Below are positions 26,860-35,580 of a stretch of 47,393 bases of DNA, one piece after another (position 1 is the stretch's first letter; every line of letters begins with the position of its first letter). Source of the DNA: Candidatus Woesearchaeota archaeon CG10_big_fil_rev_8_21_14_0_10_33_12 (GTDB lineage Archaea; Nanobdellota; Nanobdellia; Woesearchaeales; CG1-02-33-12); contig PCYE01000003.1 of the NCBI GenBank assembly GCA_002762865.1, positions 1 to 47,393 of the forward strand, given 5' to 3'. The notes below the pieces were generated by a model, which worked only from the letters and a program-made list of their open reading frames with translations, was not told where the DNA came from and did not search any database. The position numbers were made by a program, and so were the translations under genes.

Positions 26860-27255
26860 CTATTCTGATTTAATCTGTTTCATAATCTTACTACCTATTA
26901 TTGACCAATAAAGCACATTAGAGCCAGGAATGCAGTCTGCTTTCAGCTCTTCTGGAACCTCTATATCAAAGGTCTCGTATGTTTCTGCATCCATCACATT
27001 AGCTATGTTATCATGTACTGATAAAACCTGTGCTGTTTTTTTGTCTATTACAGGAGTTGGTACCATATCATGACCAGGCATTACTATGTCTCTTTTTTTG
27101 TTGTCAATAATGCCTATTGCTGTTATCCTAACCTTTGCATGGCCATGCTTTCCTGGCCTTGATATCTGGACACTTGTTACTTTGCATGGAACATCATCAA
27201 GTACTATATACCTGCCCTCTTGGATAGAGGTTGCTGCAATAAGTTTTGTTGCCAT
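26860..27255 (-). CDS. eif5a: Translation initiation factor 5A (aIF5A)
   Basis: SRPGKHGHAKVRI is the hypusination loop. The length (131 aa) and OB-fold C-terminus also fit. Confidence 0.92.
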   Translation of the reverse strand: MATKLIAATSIQEGRYIVLDDVPCKVTSVQISRPGKHGHAKVRITAIGIIDNKKRDIVMPGHDMVPTPVIDKKTAQVLSVHDNIANVMDAETYETFDIEVPEELKADCIPGSNVLYWSIIGSKIMKQIKSE

Positions 27256-27311
27256 AATAATTACCTAATTATAATAAAGGGAAAACCAGCTATATTTATA
27301 GTTTTTGATTT

Positions 27312-27980
27312 TTACCAGCTAAATTGGTTTAAAAACTCCTTATATTTTGATTTTCTGATTAACATCTTTATTTTTTTGTCCATCTCTTTATAGTTGTTAA
27401 ACTCCTTTTCTTTTTCCTTAAACTCCCTTGTATGGTGGTAGCTTCTGTTATCTTTGTTGTTGAATTTCAGCTTTTTATGAAGCATCTCATGATACATAAG
27501 ATAATCAAGAAGCTCTGGCTCTGCATCAATGAAAATCCTGCTTATGCTTATTGTGTCTGTATGATAATCATAAGAGCCGAGTTTTCTTTTTGAATTGCTT
27601 CCCCATTCAAGATTTGGTATCTCAACAATGTTATAAAAATATTCTTTATTCACCCTGTTGAAGGAACTTTCGAGTGTTGGGTCTGATTTTTGCTTTGGAA
27701 TTGATATATGAAGATTCCTTATAAAATAATTGTACAAATCAATGTTTATTGTCTGTTTTTTATCATTAAATACTTTTAGAAGAAGGCTTTGTATTAATCC
27801 AATAACAATGTCTTTGCTTATATGCTTCCACTGCCTGCTTAAGCTAAATTCAAGATTATTTTTAGTGTATCTTACATTAGCATTGTATGGCTTGAACCTC
27901 GCAGTATATTTGATTTTTACAGAGTAATTAAATACTTTATTAGGATAAAGCTTCTCAAAAGCCTCTTTGATTAGTTGCAT
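27312..27980 (-). CDS. Predicted zinc metallopeptidase (HExxH; DUF45/SprT-like)
   Basis: YHEMLHKKLKFNNKDNRSYHHTREF has HExxH followed by a downstream His and Phe, as in YgjP/DUF45-type proteins. The family assignment is tentative. Confidence 0.45.
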   Translation of the reverse strand: MQLIKEAFEKLYPNKVFNYSVKIKYTARFKPYNANVRYTKNNLEFSLSRQWKHISKDIVIGLIQSLLLKVFNDKKQTINIDLYNYFIRNLHISIPKQKSDPTLESSFNRVNKEYFYNIVEIPNLEWGSNSKRKLGSYDYHTDTISISRIFIDAEPELLDYLMYHEMLHKKLKFNNKDNRSYHHTREFKEKEKEFNNYKEMDKKIKMLIRKSKYKEFLNQFSW

Positions 27981-28015
27981 TTTAAAAAAGAAATTGTTTT
28001 GCTATAATAATCTTT

Positions 28016-29110
28016 TCAAACCTCATATCTTAGGATAGCAGCTATCTTGCCTATCTCCCTTAGCTGAACCCCTTCTCTTGTTTCTGTTGAGATTATGTTA
28101 ACAACAGTGCCAAATGTTTTTGCCAGAGCCTCCATTTCATCTATTATATTCTCATCAAGGCTCTCTGAAAGCAATAATATATCTACAGCACCAATCTCAA
28201 GGTTTTTTTTCACTTCATTAAAACCATAGCTGACTATTCCTGGCTTTGTTGATAATAAATTAAAGAATTTTGCCATTATATTCTTTTCAACTGCTACCTC
28301 TTCCTTTGCCAATACATCCTGGGACTTGTCTAATAATTCCTGCAGCCCAAATTCCTCTGTGTAGGACAAATCCTTTATGGAAATTATTTTCTTTTTGACC
28401 TCGTTTGTTATGTATCCGCCGTCAACAAAGTCATATTTTGTGGGGCCAGGGCCGCCAACAATTATTCCTTTAAGCTCTTTTAGTGTTAAAAACTGGTTTT
28501 TCATGTATTCTGCAACCTTTTTAAAATGGTCTTTTGCGGCACCCTCTCTTATTCTTGCAAAACGGGCTGCTGATTGTCCGCCTGCCTTAAACTTTCCAGG
28601 CACTTGCGAGTGTGTCTTAACCAAGGGGATTATTGTTTTTCCTTTTAAAAGAGCAATGTTTGCGTCTCTTCTGTCCAGCACAACAAGGCCATAAACCTCT
28701 TTTGTGTCAAGCATATCCCTTAACAGGTCAAGGACAAACTGCTTGTCACACCTGTATATTCGGGTATTTAAAGGCACTGGCGGCTCTATGCTCCATACTT
28801 CCAAATCAGTCTGCCCCTCTCTTTCAGCAACATTACCGGAAAAAACAGTCAGGCCATTTTCTGGTGTCTGCTTGAATAATCTCAAATGCTGGACCATTCT
28901 CTCAAGTGCATCAATAACATTTTTCCTTGTTGAAGCTGATTTTATATTGGTTGCAGTTCCCTGCTCCTGCTTTAAATGGTTTATTATCTTATTTATATCA
29001 TAGCCAGCAGGAATATAAACAGTAACAAGCTCTGTGTGCGGCCTTCTGAATATCTCGAGCTTCTTAATAAATTTCTTCAATTCGTATCTTTGTTTTTCAG
29101 TTAGTGCCAT
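28016..29110 (-). CDS. prf1: Peptide chain release factor aRF1
   Basis: TATNIKSASTR is the NIKS stop-codon recognition motif. KFKAGGQSAARF is the GGQ motif. Confidence 0.92.
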   Translation of the reverse strand: MALTEKQRYELKKFIKKLEIFRRPHTELVTVYIPAGYDINKIINHLKQEQGTATNIKSASTRKNVIDALERMVQHLRLFKQTPENGLTVFSGNVAEREGQTDLEVWSIEPPVPLNTRIYRCDKQFVLDLLRDMLDTKEVYGLVVLDRRDANIALLKGKTIIPLVKTHSQVPGKFKAGGQSAARFARIREGAAKDHFKKVAEYMKNQFLTLKELKGIIVGGPGPTKYDFVDGGYITNEVKKKIISIKDLSYTEEFGLQELLDKSQDVLAKEEVAVEKNIMAKFFNLLSTKPGIVSYGFNEVKKNLEIGAVDILLLSESLDENIIDEMEALAKTFGTVVNIISTETREGVQLREIGKIAAILRYEV

Positions 29111-29207
29111 ATTTATAAAGAATTAGAGGCAATATATAAAATTTTGGTAAATGAGATTTTAAAACAAAAGATTTAAATAATGCCCATATTCCCTAAGATT
29201 GTTAGTT

Positions 29208-29393
29208 GGGGCTGTAGGGTAGCTTGGTTCATCCTTTCTGGTTTGGGTTGTTAAAACACAAGAAACCAGACGACCCCGGTTCAAACAAATGGTTATGCTC
29301 ATTTGATACGCAAAGAGCGACATTCAATTGCTCTGCAATTGAAGTCCCTTGAGCTCGCTAAAGCTCGCCAGGTTGGAAGTCCGGGCAGCCCCA
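29208..29393 (+). tRNA. trnP: tRNA-Pro (anticodon UGG) with two introns: 17 nt after position 37 (29248-29264) and ~94 nt inside the T-loop (about 29286-29379)
   Basis: The acceptor stem is GGGGCTG(29208-14)/CAGCCCC(29386-92) plus discriminator A, with no encoded CCA. The D-arm has G10:U25, A14, G18G19 and A21. The anticodon stem is TCTGG(29237-41)/CCAGA(29266-70) with loop TT-TGG-G[intron]A. The T-stem is CCCGG(29275-79)/CCGGG(29381-85) with loop TTCAAA[intron]T. The spliced length is 75 nt. Confidence 0.8.
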
Positions 29394-29418
29394 GTTTATA
29401 ATAATATGAGGAAACAAA

Positions 29419-29655
29419 ATGGCAAAGGTTAAGGGTTTGGGATCTATTAAAAGATTTGGATCAAGATATGGAAGAACAGTCAAGCTAAAACTTGCAAAGA
29501 TTGAAAAAGAACAGAGAAAAAAGCACAAATGCCCCTATTGCAGTAGCCTACAGGTCAAGAGAGTAGCTGTTGGGATATGGTCCTGCAGGAAATGCAAGGC
29601 TAAGTTTACAGGAAAGGCATATACAATTGCAAAAGATGAGAAAAAGGTGCTCTAA
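29419..29655 (+). CDS. rpl37ae: 50S ribosomal protein L37Ae (eL43)
   Basis: RFGSRYGRTVK, CPYC...VKRVAVGIWSCRKCKAKFTGKAY form the eL43 zinc-ribbon pattern. Confidence 0.9.
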   Translation: MAKVKGLGSIKRFGSRYGRTVKLKLAKIEKEQRKKHKCPYCSSLQVKRVAVGIWSCRKCKAKFTGKAYTIAKDEKKVL

Positions 29656-29793
29656 ATGGTAGAATACAAATGTTTTAACTGCAATAAAAAAGTATCCATA
29701 AATTACCTAAGGAAGAAAATCAGATGCCCTTATTGTGGGTCTAAAATACTTTTCAAGCCAAGAACAACAATAACAAAGGTCAAGGCCAGATGA
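29656..29793 (+). CDS. rpoP: DNA-directed RNA polymerase subunit P (RpoP/Rpb12), 45 aa; not in the ORF track
   Basis: The hand translation is MVEYKCFNCNKKVSINYLRKKIRCPYCGSKILFKPRTTITKVKAR*. It has CxxC...CxxCG.+IL.K.R. It starts one nt after the rpl37ae stop, and its TGA overlaps the next ATG as ATGA. Confidence 0.8.
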   Translation: MVEYKCFNCNKKVSINYLRKKIRCPYCGSKILFKPRTTITKVKAR

Positions 29794-30023
29794 TTTATTC
29801 AGCTAAGATAAGAGTTTGCAAGAACCCATCTATTATTTATAAATGCTTTATTTCAGAATCAAAAAGTTTAAAAACAGACAGGTCAGATTACACTATAAAG
29901 AAACATAAGGATTACGTTGAATTCAGTATCAAGGCAAAAGACTCTGTTGCATTAAGAGCAACCTTTAATTCAATCATAAAAATGCTTACTGTCTATGAAA
30001 AAATAGAGGGATTAAAAAAATGA
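29790..30023 (+). CDS. pcc1: KEOPS complex subunit Pcc1
   Basis: FSIKAKDSVALRATFNSIIKMLTVYEKI matches the Pcc1/CTAG signature (A.D..ALRA..NS). The ~77-aa size and the conserved archaeal context rpl37ae-rpoP-pcc1-pfdB also fit. Confidence 0.72.
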   Translation: MIYSAKIRVCKNPSIIYKCFISESKSLKTDRSDYTIKKHKDYVEFSIKAKDSVALRATFNSIIKMLTVYEKIEGLKK

Positions 30024-30349
30024 ATGTTTCAAAGGAAACAGAGCAAAAAATCCAGCAGTTGCAGCTTATTGAACAGAGTATGCAGCAGTTCTTAATGCAA
30101 AAACAAAGCTTTCAGACACAGCTAGTGGAAATAGAATCAGCATTAAAAGAGCTCAAGAATTCTGAAAAAGCATATAAGATAGTTGGTAATATAATGGTTT
30201 CCTCAAAAAAAGAGGAATTAGAAAAAGACCTAAAATCAAAAAAAGAAACAGTGGAGCTAAGAATAAAGATGCTTGAAAAACAAGAGGAAAAAATCAAGGA
30301 GAAAGCAGACAAGATTCAAAAAGAAGTTCTCAAAGAAATAAAAGAATAA
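30020..30349 (+). CDS. pfdB: Prefoldin beta subunit
   Basis: The protein has a coiled-coil, hairpin, coiled-coil layout: QQLQLIEQSMQQFLMQKQSFQTQLVEIESALKEL...YKIVGNIMV...LEKQEEKI. It overlaps pcc1 as ATGA. Confidence 0.85.
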   Translation: MNVSKETEQKIQQLQLIEQSMQQFLMQKQSFQTQLVEIESALKELKNSEKAYKIVGNIMVSSKKEELEKDLKSKKETVELRIKMLEKQEEKIKEKADKIQKEVLKEIKE

Positions 30350-30360
30350 TAACCTTAAAC

Positions 30361-30615
30361 ATGACAGAAGAAAAATTAAAAGAGATTATTGATGCCCTCT
30401 CAGAACTTGGTAATGATTCAGCAGTCCCTAAGAATGTAAAAAACAAGGTAAATCAGATGATTAATATTCTAGAAGATGATTCAGAACTTTCGATAAGGGT
30501 CAATAAGGTCTTGAACGAGCTTGATGAGATAGCAGATGACACAAACATGCAGGCTTATACAAGAATACAGATATTAAATATTGTATCTTTATTAGAAACA
30601 ATTCAGACTAGCTAA
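30361..30615 (+). CDS. UPF0147-family small helical protein
   Basis: LSELGNDSAVPKNVKNKVNQMINIL resembles the D.SVP+N+R block of the archaeal UPF0147 (COG1698) family. It is 84 aa long. Confidence 0.55.
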   Translation: MTEEKLKEIIDALSELGNDSAVPKNVKNKVNQMINILEDDSELSIRVNKVLNELDEIADDTNMQAYTRIQILNIVSLLETIQTS

Positions 30616-31195
30616 TCTTTTTCTTTTTGACTTTGACAATTGTTTTCTTTGTTAATAAAGAATTAGGAATATAGATTATATCTCCTTGTTTTGTTTCTAT
30701 TGTTGTTTCAACAAGGTTTACATGAACAATTTTTCCTTTAATGTTATCTACCTTAATAATATCCCCTTCCTTAATAAACCTCTTTTGGTGTATAAAAAAT
30801 CCTGCAAACATGTTTGGCATAAAATCTTTTATTGAAAGCATTATTGATATTATTATTATGATTAATATTGCTCCTGATATCATATGGAGAACAACAGTTG
30901 TAAGGCCAAGCTGATTTAAGGCCATTACAATAAATATAAAATAAATGAAATAAGTAACAAAAGAAGATATTATTTCCTCCATAGAAATCTTTATTCCCGC
31001 TGATTTTTTTATAAGATTATTGAGTTCAATCTCATGAAGCAATTTATGAATAAGTTTTCCTAATAGTTTTCCAGCAACAAGGCCAATCAGCACTATTATT
31101 ACTGCAACAACCAGTTTAGTGAAAATGCCTGATAAAAGGTTAGGTAAATGGCTTATTGATTCACCCACAACAGATACATTATTTATAGGGTCCAT
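30608..31195 (-). CDS. Small-conductance mechanosensitive channel (MscS-like, short form)
   Basis: TM helices are followed by the beta-domain FIKEGDIIKVDNIKGKIVHVNLVETTIETKQGDIIYIPNSLL, typical of MscS. Confidence 0.75.
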   Translation of the reverse strand: MDPINNVSVVGESISHLPNLLSGIFTKLVVAVIIVLIGLVAGKLLGKLIHKLLHEIELNNLIKKSAGIKISMEEIISSFVTYFIYFIFIVMALNQLGLTTVVLHMISGAILIIIIISIMLSIKDFMPNMFAGFFIHQKRFIKEGDIIKVDNIKGKIVHVNLVETTIETKQGDIIYIPNSLLTKKTIVKVKKKKIS

Positions 31196-31242
31196 AGAAA
31201 CTATGAGGTAGAATTCATTTAAAAAGCTTTGTTTTTACAGGA

Positions 31243-32961
31243 CTATTTAATGCATGATTTGACAAATCCAAAAAATAAGGGAGAAGGCTTGTTTAATGAA
31301 GATTTGAATTCTGGATGTGATTGTGTTGCTATAAAAAATTTATGGTTTGGCAATTCTATAAATTCCATAAGTTTTGTGCCGTCTGTTCTTAGGTGATAAC
31401 CTGAAAATATAAGGCCTTTATCCTGAATCTGTTTTGTAAAATCAGGGTTAACCTCATATCTGTGTCTGTGCCTTTCGATTATAACCTTGTTATTTTCATT
31501 TAAAACCCCAAGCCGAAAAAGCTGGTTGCTTTCTTTTTTTATCTCTTTTATGCGTTCTGCATCTGTTTCTAGCCTTCCTAATTTTCTGTATAATTCAAAA
31601 ACTATTGAGTTTTCATCAAGAATTGCTGCATACGCACCAAGGCGCATAGTTCCTCCGTATTTTTGGTCTTTTATTAGGTCTTTCTGTGATTCCAATATTT
31701 TTATTACAGGGTATTCTGTCTTTTCATCAACTTCTGTGGTGTTTGCATCTTTCATATTGCAGACATTTCTTGCAAATTCAACAATCGCAAGCTGCATCCC
31801 ATAGCATAAGCCCAAAAAAGGTATATTGTTTTTTCTTGCAAATCCTATTGCTTTTATTTTTCCTTCAACACCAGAAGCACCAAAACCTCCAGGCACTATT
31901 ATGCCATCATAATTTTTTAGCTCATTCAAGGCGTTTTCATCTTCCTCAAATTTTTTTGAATCAATCCATTTTATTTTTACACTAAAACCAAGGTTAGCGC
32001 CAGCATGCTGAAGAGCCTGATTCACAGAAACATATGAGTCCTTTAACCCATAATCCCCTATGTTAATGTACTTGCATACCATCGCTATTGTTACATCTTT
32101 TCCACTGTTTGTAACATTATTAACAAGATTTTTCCATTCTGTCCAGTCAGGGTTTTTCCTTGGTATAATCTTAAATTCATTAAGTATTTTCATGCCCATT
32201 TTATCTTTCTCAAGGTCAAGTGGTATCCTGTAAATTGTGTCAATATCCGGTTCAGAAATTATATGGTCTGATCTTATGTTTGCATATATCTCTATCTTTT
32301 TTTTTCTTACGTTGTCAAGCTCTTTTTTGGCGCGGCATATTATGAAATCAGCAAAAATTCCGTTCTCACCAAGCATTCTTATTGCCTGCTGAGTAGGCTT
32401 TGTTTTCATCTCATCAATGTGTGAAGGAATAGGAAGATATGTAACCAGAATGTATATCATATTTTCTTTACCTATATCCCTTTCAATGCTTTTCATTGCA
32501 AAAAGGAATGGGATATTCTCATAATCGCCTATTGTTCCCCCAACCTCAATTATGCAGAAATCATAACCATCTGAAGCATCTTTTATCCTTCTTTTTATCT
32601 CATCAGGTATGTGGGGTATGAACTGGACTGTTTTTCCAAGATACTTTCCTGCTCTTTCATCATCTATAATTTTCTTATAAATCTGCCCTGTTGTTAGGTT
32701 GTTTTTCTTTGGTATATCCATATTAAGAAAACGCTCATAATTCCCAAGGTCCTGGTCTATCTCACCACCATCATATGTAACCCAGACCTCACCGTGTTCT
32801 GTCGGCCTTAATGTGCCTGCATCATAATTTATATAAGGGTCTATTTTTATGGCAGTAACACTAAACCCATATTCCTGAAGAATCTTACCAATAGAAGCAA
32901 CTGTGACACCTTTGCCTACTCCAGAAATTACTCCACCTGAAACAACAATAAACTGTGGCAT
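31243..32961 (-). CDS. pyrG: CTP synthase
   Basis: The N-terminus is FIVVSGGVISGVGKGV. The glutaminase triad region is GLCYGMQ (Cys) and HRHRYEVN. Confidence 0.93.
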   Translation of the reverse strand: MPQFIVVSGGVISGVGKGVTVASIGKILQEYGFSVTAIKIDPYINYDAGTLRPTEHGEVWVTYDGGEIDQDLGNYERFLNMDIPKKNNLTTGQIYKKIIDDERAGKYLGKTVQFIPHIPDEIKRRIKDASDGYDFCIIEVGGTIGDYENIPFLFAMKSIERDIGKENMIYILVTYLPIPSHIDEMKTKPTQQAIRMLGENGIFADFIICRAKKELDNVRKKKIEIYANIRSDHIISEPDIDTIYRIPLDLEKDKMGMKILNEFKIIPRKNPDWTEWKNLVNNVTNSGKDVTIAMVCKYINIGDYGLKDSYVSVNQALQHAGANLGFSVKIKWIDSKKFEEDENALNELKNYDGIIVPGGFGASGVEGKIKAIGFARKNNIPFLGLCYGMQLAIVEFARNVCNMKDANTTEVDEKTEYPVIKILESQKDLIKDQKYGGTMRLGAYAAILDENSIVFELYRKLGRLETDAERIKEIKKESNQLFRLGVLNENNKVIIERHRHRYEVNPDFTKQIQDKGLIFSGYHLRTDGTKLMEFIELPNHKFFIATQSHPEFKSSLNKPSPLFFGFVKSCIK

Positions 32962-33064
32962 ATTTTAATAAATTATTGCATGTATTTATAACTTTTGAAT
33001 TTTTATATTATAAAAAAGGTTAATGTAGAAAAGAATATAAAGAGAGTTTACCTTTTTATTGAAA

Positions 33065-34222
33065 ATGGTTCAAAGGAAAAAATCAAAGAGTGTTAAGCTA
33101 GATAAAAGGCTTGAGAAACAGCCTGAAAAAAAGACTAATTATGATAAAATCAGGGAGTTTGAGCACGAGCTTTCAACCACAAAATACAACAAAAGAACCC
33201 AGCATCACATCGGTCTTGTAAAGGCAAAGATAGCTAATTTAAAGAAAAAAGAGCTTGCACGCTCAGAATCAAAAGGAAAAAAAGAGGGCTATTCTGTAAG
33301 AAAAACAGGTGATGGGACAGTTATTATTCTTGGATTCCCATCAGTTGGAAAATCTACTTTATTAAATAAGATTACAAATGCTAATTCTCCGGTTGGAAGC
33401 TATGATTTCACAACCTTAAGTGTTATTCCTGGAACAATGGACTACAAACATGCGAAGATACAGATTCTTGATGTTCCTGGAGTTGTATCTGGGGCAGCAT
33501 CTGGGAGAGGCCGTGGAAAAGAAGTGCTTGCAGTCATGCGCAACTGCGATTTGGTGCTTGTTCTTCTTGACATAAACAGGCTTAATGAATATAAAGTGCT
33601 ATGCAATGAGGTTTATGAAACAGGGATAAGGATGAACCAGAAAAAGCCTGATATCAGGATAAAAAAGAAATCCAGGGGAGGAATTAGGATAGGAAAAACT
33701 GTTCAACTGCCTGATCTGGATGATGAAACAATAAAAGATATAATGAAAGAATTTTCAATATCCAATGCAGAGGTTCTTATCAGGACGCAGATAAATGCAG
33801 ACCAGCTTATTGATTGTATAGAAAGCAACAAAAAGTATGTCAATGCAATTATTGTTATAAATAAGATTGACCTTGCAACTACTGAGCAAATAGAGGATGC
33901 AAAAAGAAAATTCCCTGATGCTGTCTTGATATGCGCAAACAATCCTTCTAACATAGATGAATTAAAGGAAAATATATACAGGAGGCTTGAATTAATAAGT
34001 ATCTACCTCAAAGAAGTTGGAAAAAAAGCAGATTTGGATGTTCCATTAGTAATAAATAGGAATTGTACAATAGAGGATGTTTGCAATAAGCTCCATAAGG
34101 ATTTTGTCACAAAGTTCAAGTTTGCGCGTGTCTGGGGAAAATCTGCAAAGTTTGGCGGGCAGATGCTAAGGCTGAAGCATAATCTTTTAGATGAGGATAT
34201 TGTCGAGATTCATTTAAGATAA
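33065..34222 (+). CDS. Developmentally regulated GTP-binding protein (DRG/Rbg-type OBG GTPase with C-terminal TGS domain)
   Basis: GFPSVGKSTLLN is G1, DVPG is G3 and NKID is G4. The C-terminus has a TGS-like domain. TTG at 33059 is the alternative start. Confidence 0.85.
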   Translation: MVQRKKSKSVKLDKRLEKQPEKKTNYDKIREFEHELSTTKYNKRTQHHIGLVKAKIANLKKKELARSESKGKKEGYSVRKTGDGTVIILGFPSVGKSTLLNKITNANSPVGSYDFTTLSVIPGTMDYKHAKIQILDVPGVVSGAASGRGRGKEVLAVMRNCDLVLVLLDINRLNEYKVLCNEVYETGIRMNQKKPDIRIKKKSRGGIRIGKTVQLPDLDDETIKDIMKEFSISNAEVLIRTQINADQLIDCIESNKKYVNAIIVINKIDLATTEQIEDAKRKFPDAVLICANNPSNIDELKENIYRRLELISIYLKEVGKKADLDVPLVINRNCTIEDVCNKLHKDFVTKFKFARVWGKSAKFGGQMLRLKHNLLDEDIVEIHLR

Positions 34223-35095
34223 ACTTTTAAGGTAATCTTTTTTGTATTTGAAGCCATTCTTTTTTGCTAATTTCAATATTGCCTTGTCAATTCCAGAGCC
34301 ATACTGTGCAGCTGTTTTATTCCTGAATGCAAATTCTCTTGGCAGGCCTAAATCAATGGCAATTTCCCTAAGGATATATTTTCTTATATTATCTTTTATT
34401 TTATATTCTGAGGGGGTTTGCATGGCTAATTTTATTATATTTTTATCAAGAAATGGGGTGATTAACTCTGCATTCAGGTTTTTGGATATAAGAAAGTCCC
34501 TTTCCACGTCATTATAGATGTTTTTGATGCTTGAGATACATTCTTTTTTTATGTCTTTAGTTTTTTCAAATCTTGCATAGCCGGCAAAAAGCTCATCAGC
34601 TCCCATCCCTGTTAAAATAAAATTATTGTTATCCTTTTTTGCGAGGTCTAAAGCAGCATAAACAACACAGCCAACCCCTGCATTAACAACATCTTTTTTT
34701 TTGGTTATTTTAATTGTTTTTTTTAAAAGTTTTTCAACTTCTTCAAGTTTTATTGTTTTTGTTTTAAGGTTAATGTTTATTGAATCTGCAATCTTTTTTG
34801 CATACTCAAGGTCTTTTGAGTTTTCGAGGCCAATTGAATAACAAATGAAGTTAAGATTTAGTTTTTTGCATATCAATGTAATTGTTGAGGAGTCTATGCC
34901 TCCTGAGAAAAGAATTCCAAATTTTCTTAAGTTAATGGTCCTTTTTTTTATTGAATTTACAAGGCTATCTTTAACTAATTTCCTGCATCTTTCCTTATCA
35001 ATTTCTGGTTTGTTTGTTTTCAGGCCATTAATGTATTTGTTCCATTCATCTTTATGAATAAGATTTCCATTTTTAATTATCCCCTGCATCTCCAT
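34214..35095 (-). CDS. Asparagine-synthetase-type PP-loop ATP pyrophosphatase domain protein (no glutaminase domain)
   Basis: FGILFSGGIDSS is the SGGxDS PP-loop. ILTGMGADELFAGYARF is an AsnB C-domain motif. At only 293 aa it lacks the N-terminal Ntn amidotransferase domain. Confidence 0.7.
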   Translation of the reverse strand: MEMQGIIKNGNLIHKDEWNKYINGLKTNKPEIDKERCRKLVKDSLVNSIKKRTINLRKFGILFSGGIDSSTITLICKKLNLNFICYSIGLENSKDLEYAKKIADSININLKTKTIKLEEVEKLLKKTIKITKKKDVVNAGVGCVVYAALDLAKKDNNNFILTGMGADELFAGYARFEKTKDIKKECISSIKNIYNDVERDFLISKNLNAELITPFLDKNIIKLAMQTPSEYKIKDNIRKYILREIAIDLGLPREFAFRNKTAAQYGSGIDKAILKLAKKNGFKYKKDYLKSLS

Positions 35096-35184
35096 GCTTT
35101 TATCAAAAATTTATGAAGTTTAAAAATATACCTTTTTTGGTTAAAAATCCCAAAAGAATAAATATAAGTAATAAAAACTAGTTA

Positions 35185-35424
35185 TTGGTGATAGTTATGG
35201 TAAAGAAAGCAAGCAAAGAAGAGATGATTGGCTTTCATAAGGGGGCATTAACAACCTTGGCAAAGGAAAGGCAGGAAATGGCCAAGATATTGAGCATTGT
35301 GGAACAGCTTATGCAGATGCATGTAAAGTCATTGCAGGAGTTAGGAGTTGACCTTACAAAAGAGATTAAAAAAGAGAAAACATCAGCCAAAAAGCCAAAA
35401 ACACCTATAGAAGATATAATATAA
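35185..35424 (+). CDS. Hypothetical small helical protein (75-79 aa)
   Basis: This is the only ORF in the gap. Its coding-like composition differs from the flanks, and the hairpin plus T-run terminator follows directly. I recognise no family. Confidence 0.4.
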   Translation: MVIVMVKKASKEEMIGFHKGALTTLAKERQEMAKILSIVEQLMQMHVKSLQELGVDLTKEIKKEKTSAKKPKTPIEDII

Positions 35425-35425
35425 T

Positions 35426-35446
35426 AAAAATCCATAATGGATTTTT
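35426..35446 (+). terminator. Hairpin plus T-run directly after the stop of the 35185-35424 ORF
   Basis: aaaaatccat-a-atggattttt is a perfect 10-bp inverted repeat ending in T5. Confidence 0.5.
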
Positions 35447-35455
35447 AGGACACAA

Positions 35456-35535
35456 GGAAAACTTAGTTTTCCGGTGAACTTAGAAATTTGCAAGGCAAAT
35501 TTCTTGTTTCCCAGAAATCAGTAAAACTGATTTCT
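35456..35535. repeat. Three further consecutive perfect hairpins in the convergent intergenic region
   Basis: The hairpins are ggaaaac-tta-gttttcc (35456-72), agaaatttgc-aag-gcaaatttct (35482-504) and agaaatcag-taaaa-ctgatttct (35513-35). In addition, cttagaaat (35479-87) is complementary to atttctaag (35530-38), which allows an alternative long-range pairing. Confidence 0.5.
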
Positions 35536-35580
35536 AAGGATGCCAAAAATACAGAGTATTTAAATCGCAGACAATAAGCT

